In this document: piece after piece, positions 42,537-52,994 of the stretch
How positions within the stretch are numbered: position 1 is the first letter of the stretch
How the letters are laid out: every line of letters starts with the position of its first letter
NCBI GenBank assembly: GCA_965197475.1
Contig: CBDANF010000003.1
Location: 1,152,001-1,216,000, forward strand
DNA: 64,000 nt
Source of the DNA: Candidatus Poribacteria bacterium
GTDB lineage: Bacteria > Poribacteria > WGA-4E > WGA-3G
Reading direction: 5' to 3'
The notes under the pieces: model-generated
Database searches by the model: none
What the model saw: only the letters and a program-made list of their open reading frames with translations
Told to the model about the DNA's origin: nothing
Position numbers and translations under genes: made by a program

Positions 42537-45500
42537 TTAGTTCTGCTTTTTTAGGTTGCCCCATTGCGTAATATATTTTTCACTTGCAGACACATGTCCA
42601 CGGGTTCGAACCGTAGCTAACTGATTTCGGAATCCTGAAAAAGAGATGTCCTCTATACGGTAATAGTAGGCGACATCCGGTTTAGCGGTTGTATCTGTCC
42701 ACGTATACGTGTTCTGTTCACCGGTTGTGCTGGCACCTTGAATTATCCGTGAATTTACCTGTCTGAACGCACCATCACGCGACTCGCTGCGACGGATATT
42801 AAACCCCGCATTGTCAAGTTCTGATTCTGTTGTCCATTTCAGAACAACCCCTGACTTCGCACGTTCCGCACGGAAACGAGACAACGTCACAGGGAGTGCA
42901 CCCCCGCCCCTATATCCAGGATTTCCGATGTCTGTTGTGCTACCCCAATACTTGCTGACTAACAACTCAAAATCTGCAGTACGCCGCCAACTGTTTAATG
43001 CAGTGCCGTCAAGTGGCGCGCCTGTCTCAATGTCATATCGTCGCATCAACGATGTTCGCATACCATCTTCTGTCATTCCAGAGGACAACTCCCACGCAAG
43101 TTCATCTTCTGTCGAAGGATCACCATCAAGGTTTCCAACAACGTCGCTGACAACACCGTTCGGATCCGACAATTTCAAGAAGAAACCGTCCAAACCGAGT
43201 ACCATGTTCCGGTGTTCGTTCTGTTCAAACTCATCGTTGTGACGATTGAAGAAGTTATAGACACGATCTTCTGGAAAACTCTCAGAATTCCGACCGTTCC
43301 ACGTCACAATAAGTGCTGTCTGGTTTGCTGGTATGTGTAGTTCCTCAAGTGTGATCGTTGCATGTCGATGCGCGCCAGTGACATCGCGCGCCTCTATTTG
43401 GAGTTGCCAACCGTTGAGATTCGCTGCCTGTGTATCGGAGTTATTGAACAGCTCAATCCACTGTGGTAGCGAACGAAGTCCGCCGCGAGAGGCGTACATC
43501 AACTCACTGAAACCGATCTGACCGGGGGCAGAAAGTGTACTGAGGGGTGTGGTAGGTTCCACTTGAGGTGAAGGGTCCAAAGTAGTTTCTTCCTCTGTTA
43601 TTTGCTGTTGGTTTTCAGTTTCGGCAGTGACCTCCTCTGTTGTTTGCTGTTGGTTTTCAGTTTCGGCAGTGACTTCAATGGTAACCGTGATACTATCAGT
43701 ACCTCCGTTGTCATCGGATACTGATACCTCAACTTGATATGAGTTTTTAGTCTCATAGTCAAGTGCATCAGAGGTAATCAACTGTCCAGTGCTGCTGTTG
43801 ATGCTAAAGGATCCTGCATCGGTGCCACTGAGTGTATATTCCAAAGTATCACCGCTATCGCCATCCGTTGCAGACACAGGCAAACCGATATTTGTGCCTG
43901 ACGTTGTGTTCTCTTGAATGGAGCGCGTCGTGCTGGGACCATCATCAAATGTTGGCGCACTGTTAGTAACATCGTCCTGATCAGTTGATGGAACAATAAC
44001 TTGTTGTTCTGAAACTGGATCCATTGACGGAACTATGACTTGTTGCTGGCTTGTAAGATCGTCGCTTGTGTCGTTAGTGATGTTGATAGTGACAGTGATA
44101 GAGTCTGTTCCCCCTCTTCCATCTGAAACAGTGACCGTTACTTCATAGGAGTCCTTAGTTTCGTAGTCCAAGGAAGCACTTGTCTGCAACTGACCTGTGT
44201 TACTATTGATGCTAAATGACCCGGCATTAGTACCACTGAGACTGTAGGTTAAGGTGTCGCTGCTATCTTTATCCGTTGCCGATATAGCGGATCCGATGTT
44301 TCTGCCTGAGGGGGTGTTTTCTTGGATGGAACGCGCTGCGCTGTCACCGTCAGTGAACACTGGTGGATTGTTAGACGTATCATCGCTTGTGTCGTTTGTG
44401 ATATTGATAGTAACATCAATCGTATCCGTACCGAAACCGTCATCAACTTTGACTGTTAGCGTATAAGAGCTTGTTGCTTCATAGTCCAACACGGAAGTGG
44501 TTTTTATGGTTCCGCTTCGCTGACTGCTCTCAATCGTAAACGGTACGTTCTCAGTCTCAATACTGTAGGTATGGTCCCCCGCGAATACGTCAGCATCACT
44601 TGCTGACACTGTGCCAACCGTGGTGTCTGAGGGTTCGTTTTCATTAATAGTAAGGGTCTGGCTATCTTCCGAGAACACTGGCGCATTGTCGTTTTCGTCT
44701 TTGATTAAGACCTGATACGCGAACCTAGCACTGCCACCGTTGCCATCTTCAACTTTGATCCATACTGGTTGGTATTTAAGTGGAGGCACTTTTGAAAAAA
44801 CTGGATATGTATCATAATCTAATCCACTACTACCGATATGGACCTCACCCGTTTCAGAATTAATCGTGTAGAAATCGATATAACTCTGCTTATGACCAGG
44901 CATTAGACTATAATAATTAGAATCAGCATCCAGACTATAAGTTAACGTGTCATCTTCATCCTCATCAACTGCTTTTACACTTCCTATGAGATAATTCGAT
45001 AGGTTTTCTGAAACGTACACGTCAGTAGCAATAATAGGTTCACCATTCTCATTAACAAACGTCGGCGGGTTGTTAGGAATAGGATCGTCAACTGAACCCG
45101 TGTGGTAAGTAACGAGTGTCACATCGTCGGCATCAACTGTGTCATCCCAATTGACATCAGTGCGAGAGTTAACGATAGTCTCTCCGGTTTGTCCTAATGC
45201 ATCGGTTACAAGTGCCAAATCCGTTGCATCCACGCTGCCATCCTCATTGACATCCCAGGGTGGGTATTCAGTGAGAGTAATCGTGACAGTAACTGTTTTT
45301 GATTCAGCCGCAGCGTTTGAATTGCCTGAGCCATCGGTAGCAGCATCTGCAGCGACGCTAAAAGTCACTGTGCCACTCTGTGTCACCTCAACCTTAGCCC
45401 TATATTGAGTCACCGTATTATTACCACTCCATCCCATTAAAACTTCCGAACTGGTCACATTCGCTCCTGCAGTGTTTTCTGTGAGTGTGAGGTCTGTCTC

Positions 45501-46442
45501 CGCGAGACCTGATACTTCCTCATCAAAAACAATTGCTACAATAAAAGAGTTATCAAATTCGACACCTGGCGGTCTGGTAAAACTTGCTACATTCGAATCC
45601 GAGTTTATCGGTCTATCATTTTCAGGTATGACGGCACTTACGACACCAGTTACCGAATCCAGCTCCAGAACCCAATTTTCATTCTGTCGGATGAATGTTC
45701 GAATCACAGCCACAGGCGATTTATCATCTGTGATGGTAACAGAGATGGTATCGGTTCCACCTTTGCCATCAAAGACAGTGACGGTCACGGAATACGAGGT
45801 TTTGTCTTCATAATGAAGGAAATCCTTATTGCTCAGCTGTCCATTTGTGCTATCAATTTCAAACAACGCCGCATCGGTTCCACTAACGGTGTATGTCAAT
45901 ATGTCACCATCGTCATCCGTTGCTGACACAGGGTCGCCGAGGTCCTGCAAGGGATATGTGCCCTTATCTACAGATCGAGTGGTGGTACTACCCTCATCAA
46001 ACACTGGTGGATTGTTAGGGGTATCATCGCTTGGGTCGTTCGTGATGTTGATAGTAACAGAAATTGAGTCTGATTCGCCATTTTCATCTGAGACTGAAAC
46101 CGTATAATGATAACTCGTCTGTGTTTCATAGTCCAATGTTACCGTGTTCTTTAGCACTGCTACAGATTGATTAGTCTCAGTCCTAATACTATCAATCGTA
46201 AAGTCGCCAGGACGCGCCCAAGGGTTTCCAGTCTTGACGAAACCCACGATGTCGTTATCTGGATCTGTCACAGGTAGCCGAACAACTTCTGTGTTTATTG
46301 CTGTATTTTCGGCAACTGAAACAGTCTTGGAGTCGCCATCATCGAAGGTTGGTGCTGCAGCATAACTAATGCCTTGATAGATTAGTAGAATTGTGGCGAA
46401 AATCAACACTGCAATTTTTCGATTGATATTTTTCATATTCAT
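42537..46442 (-). CDS. Secreted cadherin-repeat protein with Ig-like, dockerin-like and lamin-tail-like domains
   Basis: About six cadherin units (LDYE, ATDxD, NNPPVF); DVNEDGSVDATDL; ELMY...QWIELFN; LPVTLSRF; KYITQWGNLK tail. Confidence 0.88.
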   Translation of the reverse strand: MNMKNINRKIAVLIFATILLIYQGISYAAAPTFDDGDSKTVSVAENTAINTEVVRLPVTDPDNDIVGFVKTGNPWARPGDFTIDSIRTETNQSVAVLKNTVTLDYETQTSYHYTVSVSDENGESDSISVTINITNDPSDDTPNNPPVFDEGSTTTRSVDKGTYPLQDLGDPVSATDDDGDILTYTVSGTDAALFEIDSTNGQLSNKDFLHYEDKTSYSVTVTVFDGKGGTDTISVTITDDKSPVAVIRTFIRQNENWVLELDSVTGVVSAVIPENDRPINSDSNVASFTRPPGVEFDNSFIVAIVFDEEVSGLAETDLTLTENTAGANVTSSEVLMGWSGNNTVTQYRAKVEVTQSGTVTFSVAADAATDGSGNSNAAAESKTVTVTITLTEYPPWDVNEDGSVDATDLALVTDALGQTGETIVNSRTDVNWDDTVDADDVTLVTYHTGSVDDPIPNNPPTFVNENGEPIIATDVYVSENLSNYLIGSVKAVDEDEDDTLTYSLDADSNYYSLMPGHKQSYIDFYTINSETGEVHIGSSGLDYDTYPVFSKVPPLKYQPVWIKVEDGNGGSARFAYQVLIKDENDNAPVFSEDSQTLTINENEPSDTTVGTVSASDADVFAGDHTYSIETENVPFTIESSQRSGTIKTTSVLDYEATSSYTLTVKVDDGFGTDTIDVTINITNDTSDDTSNNPPVFTDGDSAARSIQENTPSGRNIGSAISATDKDSSDTLTYSLSGTNAGSFSINSNTGQLQTSASLDYETKDSYEVTVTVSDGRGGTDSITVTINITNDTSDDLTSQQQVIVPSMDPVSEQQVIVPSTDQDDVTNSAPTFDDGPSTTRSIQENTTSGTNIGLPVSATDGDSGDTLEYTLSGTDAGSFSINSSTGQLITSDALDYETKNSYQVEVSVSDDNGGTDSITVTIEVTAETENQQQTTEEVTAETENQQQITEEETTLDPSPQVEPTTPLSTLSAPGQIGFSELMYASRGGLRSLPQWIELFNNSDTQAANLNGWQLQIEARDVTGAHRHATITLEELHIPANQTALIVTWNGRNSESFPEDRVYNFFNRHNDEFEQNEHRNMVLGLDGFFLKLSDPNGVVSDVVGNLDGDPSTEDELAWELSSGMTEDGMRTSLMRRYDIETGAPLDGTALNSWRRTADFELLVSKYWGSTTDIGNPGYRGGGALPVTLSRFRAERAKSGVVLKWTTESELDNAGFNIRRSESRDGAFRQVNSRIIQGASTTGEQNTYTWTDTTAKPDVAYYYRIEDISFSGFRNQLATVRTRGHVSASEKYITQWGNLKKQN

Positions 46443-46924
46443 TATCCCTTCTTAGTTTTAAAAGATATAGACATAAATTTTGATGTATTTGTACACAGTG
46501 ATATAATAATTTATAGGTGTATTTCAAATTTAGACTGTATCAAAATAACACCAGGGGTTGTGTATACATATTGTGACAGTCTACAAGGAGGGTTGACAAG
46601 CATATCTGTCAACGAAAAAGAAGAATTTTTCAGGCAACTCGTCCCTATAGGGAGCTGGTTTCCACTTAAAACTAACAGAAAGCGTGACTTTCTGCTATAA
46701 TAGAAACCAGTGCTGTCATATTCCAGTTATGGCAGTGCTAAGCGTCGCTTGGTGTTGCTGCACCGGCGACGCACCTAAAAGATTAGGTAGCAGCCCTAAC
46801 GTAACCCACGCGCTCTTCGTGAATTTCTAACGTCACATATATTGTAGCAATTATACAAAATTTGTGCAATAAAAAAATGAATCAGGCTCCAAATCAGCAT
46901 ATTTAGCATAACTCAACGCCAAAA

Positions 46925-47612
46925 ATGCGTAAATCAGTAGGACAATTCCGCAAAAAATGCTATAGTGATGAGGTTTTCATCGTAGAGAGTTTTCCAATCC
47001 CGGTTTGCGATTTCAAACGTGCGCCTGCTTGGACATCACCTCTAAAATGTGCTGATTGCACCGGCACCTTGGCAACTTATGGGAAGTGTGCGACAAAAAG
47101 AACTTGACACTTTCTTAGGATTTCGTGGGAGTGTGATAACCACCGCTTACGGGCTCCCTGTTGATTTTGCCATAGCAACTGCAGATACCGATGATAGAGA
47201 AGTGCTACCCTTGTTATGTGAATGCGGCACTTATCCTGTTATTCTCGGAGACAAAGGTTATATTTCCAAGGAACTTGAGGTTGATTTACTGAAGATGGAC
47301 AATGTGTGTCTATTATCAACGCGGCGTTCGAACCAGAATGCACAATATCCACCAAAGTTTCGTAAATTAAGACGACGGATTGAAACAACGATAAGTCAAC
47401 TCACTCATCAGTTCAATGTTTCACGGATACGCGCACGGTATCATTGAGGATTTCGGACACCCTTGAGCAACAAGTTTGCTGGTTGGACACTCGGTGTTTT
47501 TTTGAACAAATGTTTAGGACACAAGTTGATGGCACTCAAAGACGTTGTTTGCGCATAAATAAATCTAACTGTAGTATAAGAATATTACAAAAAGTTAACT
47601 GGCACAAGTCGT
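46925..47612 (+). pseudogene. IS982-family transposase remnant
   Basis: SFPIPVC, LGDKGYIS, RRRIETTISQL; frameshift near 47100 and internal TGA at 47445; right end ...AACTGGCACAAGTCGT. Confidence 0.8.
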
Positions 47613-47682
47613 TTTTATAACACAAAAATACATGTTTTCAGCATTCTCTACCCAATCTACAAAACATGTTATAGTAAAATCT

Positions 47683-47814
47683 GTAATTATCTGGACACTG
47701 CTGTAGCGTCCACTTTCAGTTTGCGCAAGGACGACACAAACTAAAAGTTTGTGCTACAAAATATGCGGTAGGAACTGTTTCCCAACTGGACCGATAACAA
47801 TGTCCAAGTAATTC
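47683..47814. mobile_element. MITE with imperfect TIR and 8-bp target duplication TAAAATCT
   Basis: TAAAATCT|GTAATTATCTGGACACTG...CAATGTCCAAGTAATTC|TAAAATCT; carries a family B REP. Confidence 0.75.
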
Positions 47815-47850
47815 TAAAATCTACTATAATAGACAACATTAAGGTGAAAA

Positions 47851-48375
47851 ATGAATATATATTGGAAATTAATGGTAGTGATACTACTAATCACAGTAAA
47901 TTCTATTATTGTCGGATGTGCACAGAAAAGCACTGAGGTACAGTCTTCCTATGAGATAATTCATGGTAATACACAAGTCACCACGAAAACTACTGTACTT
48001 CCGAGTCAAAAGAGCGGATCAGAAAAGAAAAAAGTTCTAACGCTAAGTCCTAATGCATCTTTAAGATGGCTGAAAGAACGCGGTTATCGTATTAGTAGAA
48101 GGGGTACAACATACGAAATTACGTGGAATAATGGTTCTTCAAGATATTTTTCATCAAGAGGTGGTAAAATACAATCTCCGGGAAAGAAAATAGACTGGGA
48201 TGAGTTGTTTACACGGTATGAAACAGGTACTACTTCCGCATATACCACGCAAGATGTGAGAGTGTTAAGGAAGGACCCTAACTTTATTATTACAATTGAT
48301 CATGTTGGTACACTCCGTGTTCACTTTCATGAACAAACTAAAGAAGTGGATAATTCAGATCCTATTTTGGATTGA
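47851..48375 (+). CDS. Hypothetical lipoprotein
   Basis: Lipobox IVGC after a hydrophobic stretch. Confidence 0.7.
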   Translation: MNIYWKLMVVILLITVNSIIVGCAQKSTEVQSSYEIIHGNTQVTTKTTVLPSQKSGSEKKKVLTLSPNASLRWLKERGYRISRRGTTYEITWNNGSSRYFSSRGGKIQSPGKKIDWDELFTRYETGTTSAYTTQDVRVLRKDPNFIITIDHVGTLRVHFHEQTKEVDNSDPILD

Positions 48376-48556
48376 GCGGAGTGAAACATAAGACTAATGG
48401 CTCTGCACTCCTATGCATTTTCCATTGACAAGCTCCTCTAAAAATGATAAACTGTAACTGAAATTTTGGTTGAATACTCACCGTAACTTGGTAATCTCAA
48501 ACAGAAACGAATCGCCCGGCCGCATATAGAATTAAAGATATAACAGAGGTCTATCA

Positions 48557-49897
48557 ATGGTGGTCCTCTGGCTAAGGAGTTATACAAAGTCAATGAAACA
48601 TTTTACATGCCTATTCATAACATTTTTTGCCATAGTATCTATACAGGGGCAATTTGCTACCGCCGATGATTGGTCTCAGTGGCGTGGTCAAAACCGCGAT
48701 GGCGTTTGGAACGAAACCGGAATTATTGAAAAATTTGATGCACCAGAAATTCCTATTCGCTGGAGCGTTCCTATCGGAAGCGGATACAGTGGACCGAGCG
48801 TCGCAGATGGAAGGGTCTACATCACCGATAGACTCACCAAACCGAAACAAGTTGAACGCGTTCACTGCTTTGATTGGGAAACAGGAGACGAAATCTGGTC
48901 TTACACCTACGATTGCGTATATAGAATCGAATATCCTGTGGGTCCGCGTGCAAATGTTACAATACACGATGGGCTCGCTTATGCTTTAGGTGCAATGGGA
49001 CATCTGCACTGTTTCGATGCTGCTACCGGTGAAATCAAATGGAAGAAAGATCTCAATTCAGAGTATGATATTAACATGCCTATTTGGGGAATAGCATGTG
49101 CCCCTATCGTTGAAAAAGACTTCGTCATCGTTCAAATCGGTGGGAAGCCGGACGCTTGTATTGTAGCGTTTGACAGGAAAACAGGAACGGAAAAATGGAA
49201 AGCATTGGACGATAACGCCTCTTATTCTGCACCCATTGTTATCACACAAGCAGGGAAACGAGTCTTAATCTGCTGGACAGGTGCTAACATCGCTGCTCTT
49301 GATCCACAAACAGGCGCAGTACACTGGAAATATCCATTTCCACCAACACGATGGGAGATAGGGATTGCAACCCCTATCATCAACCAGAATCAGTTATTTG
49401 TCACCAGTTTCTATGAAGGGGCAATGCTCCTGAAGTTATCACAAGATAAGGTAGATGCAGAACTTGGGTGGCATCGACAAGGAAAAGATGAGAAAAATAC
49501 TGATGCGATTCAAACGACGATGTCAACACCAATTTGGCAGGGAGATTATATTTACGGTGTAGACAGTTATGGTGAAGTTCGATGTCTTGATGCAAGTAAC
49601 GGTGATCGGATATGGGAGGATCTCACTGCTGTACCTGTTGCGCGCTGGAGTACTATCCATTTTGTTAAAAACGCTGACAAAGTCTGGATGTTCAATGAAC
49701 GTGGCGAACTTCTCATCACGAAACTCTCTCCCGAAGGGTTGAACATCATCAGTCGTGCCAAATTAATTGAACCTACACGCGACCAACTGAACCGTAGAGG
49801 TGGCGTCACATGGGCACATCCAGCATTCGCATATAAACACGTCTTTGCACGGAATGACAAAGAACTTGTTTGTGCAAGCTTAGAAAAAACTAAATAA
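48557..49897 (+). CDS. PQQ-like (BamB-type) beta-propeller protein
   Basis: DWSQWRG, repeated xDxxTGxxxW. The start may be ATG 48593. Confidence 0.88.
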   Translation: MVVLWLRSYTKSMKHFTCLFITFFAIVSIQGQFATADDWSQWRGQNRDGVWNETGIIEKFDAPEIPIRWSVPIGSGYSGPSVADGRVYITDRLTKPKQVERVHCFDWETGDEIWSYTYDCVYRIEYPVGPRANVTIHDGLAYALGAMGHLHCFDAATGEIKWKKDLNSEYDINMPIWGIACAPIVEKDFVIVQIGGKPDACIVAFDRKTGTEKWKALDDNASYSAPIVITQAGKRVLICWTGANIAALDPQTGAVHWKYPFPPTRWEIGIATPIINQNQLFVTSFYEGAMLLKLSQDKVDAELGWHRQGKDEKNTDAIQTTMSTPIWQGDYIYGVDSYGEVRCLDASNGDRIWEDLTAVPVARWSTIHFVKNADKVWMFNERGELLITKLSPEGLNIISRAKLIEPTRDQLNRRGGVTWAHPAFAYKHVFARNDKELVCASLEKTK

Positions 49898-49922
49898 TAG
49901 CATAAAATACTGGAGGCAAAAA

Positions 49923-52900
49923 ATGGATTCAAAACTTGCAGTTGGTAGAGGCGGGTCCCCGCACCCGCCCATTGATCTGCATCAGGGACAACAACTTCAC
50001 GGATTTGAGGTAAAAGCCATCACTCCGATTGAGGAATTGCGGGCAGTAGCAATAGAACTTTTGCATCTACGTAGCGGCGCACGGTTGTTGCATCTCTATA
50101 CAGACGACCCCAGAAACTTGTTTTCGATCAGTCCATTAACGCCAGCATCAGATGATACAGGATTACCGCATATCCTTGAACATTCCGTAATGGCAGGATC
50201 TCGTAACTATCCGGTAAAAGGAGGGTTCAATGAGATAATGAAAATGAGCCTCGCTACTTATGACAGTACGAATGCCATGAACTACGTTGATCACGCCTTT
50301 TACTATACCTCAAACAATGTCAAAAAAGACCTATTTAATCTTGCAGAAATCCACTTTGATTCAGTTTTTCATCCGCTACTGACAGAGGAAACTTTCAAAC
50401 GTGAAGGACACCATCTTGAACCTACTGATCCAGATCAGCCTACCGAAGACCTAAAAATAAATGGGATCGTCTACAATGAAGTCAAAATTGGCTTGTCCGA
50501 TCCAGGATACTGCTTATATTCTACCGTAAACGGTAATCTTCTGCCTGATACCTGCTATGCCTGCAATAGTGGTGGAAATCCACTGGTTATGCCTGACTTA
50601 ACCTACAAACAATTAAAAACCTATCACCAAACCTACTATCATCCGCGCAACAGTTACTTCTTCTTCTACGGCAATATTCCAACAAGCGATTATCTCTTAT
50701 TTCTCGCTGATAAATTGTTGGCAATTTCAAAGACAGAAACAAATGGGTTTCTACACCCTCTCCGACCAGCAATAACACACCAACCGAAGTGGGAATCCCC
50801 AAGGATTGTGAAGGATACTTATCCAATTGATCCAGATGAACCACTCACTGAAAAGACGTATCTGATGCTGAGTTGGCTCATTGGAGATACGACAAATCCC
50901 GAAGATGCTGTTTTGTGTCGCATTTTAAATCTAATTCTGTTTGGCAATGAAGGAGCACCTTTCCGCAAGGCGATCATCGATTCAAAACTTGGAACTGATA
51001 TACGATATAATATCTTAGATGGTATAACAGGACCAAATAGAACATTTAGTGTCGGTTTGGTTGGAAGTGAAGCAGATCGCGTTGAGACTTTCACAGAATT
51101 GGTCATTAATACACTCACTCAAATTGCAGACGCAAAAATTGACCGAGAGAAGGTAGAAACCGCATTCCAACAAATCACCTATGACTATCAGGAAGTAACA
51201 CCAAATTTCCCGTTTCAAATGATGAAACGTGTCGTAAACACATGGATATATGAAAAGGAGCCGACCCTCTTTTTAAAGATGGGGAAGCATCTATCTGTTA
51301 TCCGCCAACGTTGGGAGAAAAATCCGGGCATCTTCAATGAATTGATTCGCGAGCGACTCCTTGACAACCCACATCAGTTGACGACCATCCTCTCCCCTGA
51401 CCCAGATATGCAGGCAAGGCTTGATGCGAATGAAAATGCACGTCTAAAAGCAATCCGCTCGGAACTTACAGATGAGCAAATGACACAGATTGCTGCCGAT
51501 GCCGCTGAATTGGAACGCCTTAGTGGACAACCCAACTCACCTGAGGATTTGGCAAAGTTACCGCAGCTGCACGTCTCTGACCTTCCCGCACAACCACTGC
51601 ATATTCGGACAACTGTTGAAACGGTTAGCGGACGTCCGCTGCTCCAGAACAACATTCTTTCAAACGGTGTGAACTACCTCGTGTTAAATTTCGACTTGCA
51701 AGGGTTACCGCAACACCTTTGGCAATATCTACCCAGATACACTGATGCCATTGGCAAACTCGGCGCGGGCAAGATGAATTACGAACAGATGGCACAGCGC
51801 AGAGCAGCAGCCACCGGTGGCATTGGATGCTCGCCAAACTTTACCACCCACGCGCTTGATCCGTGTCGCTCAGTATGGGATCTGCAATTTCGACTCAAAG
51901 CACTTGACGGTAAAATTGAGGCTGCCTTGAGTGTTTTACACGATTTAATTTTCGCTGTAAACCCGCGCGATAAAGATCGTCTCTACGACGTTCTGAATCA
52001 AGCAGTAGCTTCTAAACATGATTATTACGGTGCATCTGTTGCAAACCGTCGTGCTGCCCGCGGACTTTCACAACGGGGATTTCTCACAGATATCGTCTAC
52101 GGACTACCACGACTCCGCACGAGTGAAATGTTGCTCAACCGTTTTGACGAATCTTATGAAGAACTCACCGGTTATATTGAACAGATTCGTGAGTTCCTAT
52201 TAGTCCAAGGTCGCGTAACCGCCAGTTTTACCGGTTCTGATACAGCTTTTGAGCTGTTTCGAGGACAGTTCTCCGAATGGATCGACGACATGCGTGACGA
52301 ACCGATAATCCCAGCACCGATAGGTTTTAAATCTTTTGGGACGCCACCACGTGAAGGATTGGCGGCTCCTATTCCAATAGCACACTGTACACAGATGATG
52401 CCAGCACCACACTACGCACATCCGGATTCAGGACTCTTAACTATCGGATCGCATATATTAGAAAATGATTACATGTTGCCCGAAATCCGGCTCAAAGGCA
52501 ATGCCTACGGTTTTTGTTTCTCATATAACCCATTTGAACCCATGCTGTACCAAGGATCACAGTTTGATCCGCACGTTGCTCGTACGCTCAACGTGTTCGC
52601 ACAGACAGCTAACTATGTTAAACAGACAGAGTGGATACAGGCTGATATTGACCGGGCGATTATTGCTAAATCGTCAGATTACCTAAAAACAATTCGACCC
52701 AGTCAAGCCTCAACTGATGCCATCTGGCATTATATTAAGGGGCAAACACACGAAGTGGTTGAAGAAAAATATGCACAACTCCGACGCGCAACCCCCAAAG
52801 AAGTGAAACGTGCACTACTCGAAACTTTGGAGGAAAACAGGGATAATGCCTCTATTTGCGTCATCGCAAGTCGTGAGAAATTAGAAGTCGAAAATCAGAA

Positions 52901-52934
52901 AATGGATCATCCCCTTTCAATTGAAGACATATAA
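49923..52934 (+). CDS. M16C (insulinase/presequence protease-like) metallopeptidase, divergent copy
   Basis: PHILEHSV, GIVYNEV, EIRLKGNAYG. Confidence 0.9.
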   Translation: MDSKLAVGRGGSPHPPIDLHQGQQLHGFEVKAITPIEELRAVAIELLHLRSGARLLHLYTDDPRNLFSISPLTPASDDTGLPHILEHSVMAGSRNYPVKGGFNEIMKMSLATYDSTNAMNYVDHAFYYTSNNVKKDLFNLAEIHFDSVFHPLLTEETFKREGHHLEPTDPDQPTEDLKINGIVYNEVKIGLSDPGYCLYSTVNGNLLPDTCYACNSGGNPLVMPDLTYKQLKTYHQTYYHPRNSYFFFYGNIPTSDYLLFLADKLLAISKTETNGFLHPLRPAITHQPKWESPRIVKDTYPIDPDEPLTEKTYLMLSWLIGDTTNPEDAVLCRILNLILFGNEGAPFRKAIIDSKLGTDIRYNILDGITGPNRTFSVGLVGSEADRVETFTELVINTLTQIADAKIDREKVETAFQQITYDYQEVTPNFPFQMMKRVVNTWIYEKEPTLFLKMGKHLSVIRQRWEKNPGIFNELIRERLLDNPHQLTTILSPDPDMQARLDANENARLKAIRSELTDEQMTQIAADAAELERLSGQPNSPEDLAKLPQLHVSDLPAQPLHIRTTVETVSGRPLLQNNILSNGVNYLVLNFDLQGLPQHLWQYLPRYTDAIGKLGAGKMNYEQMAQRRAAATGGIGCSPNFTTHALDPCRSVWDLQFRLKALDGKIEAALSVLHDLIFAVNPRDKDRLYDVLNQAVASKHDYYGASVANRRAARGLSQRGFLTDIVYGLPRLRTSEMLLNRFDESYEELTGYIEQIREFLLVQGRVTASFTGSDTAFELFRGQFSEWIDDMRDEPIIPAPIGFKSFGTPPREGLAAPIPIAHCTQMMPAPHYAHPDSGLLTIGSHILENDYMLPEIRLKGNAYGFCFSYNPFEPMLYQGSQFDPHVARTLNVFAQTANYVKQTEWIQADIDRAIIAKSSDYLKTIRPSQASTDAIWHYIKGQTHEVVEEKYAQLRRATPKEVKRALLETLEENRDNASICVIASREKLEVENQKMDHPLSIEDI

Positions 52935-52994
52935 CGTAAACTTGTGGACCATATTTTTAGTAAAATGTAAAATCTAATAAAAAATGGAGGCAAA

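Noticed and set aside
47445-47447. TGA in the IS982 remnant as a recoded codon
   Set aside because: It is probably a Trp-to-stop mutation in an already frameshifted pseudogene, with no redox motif.
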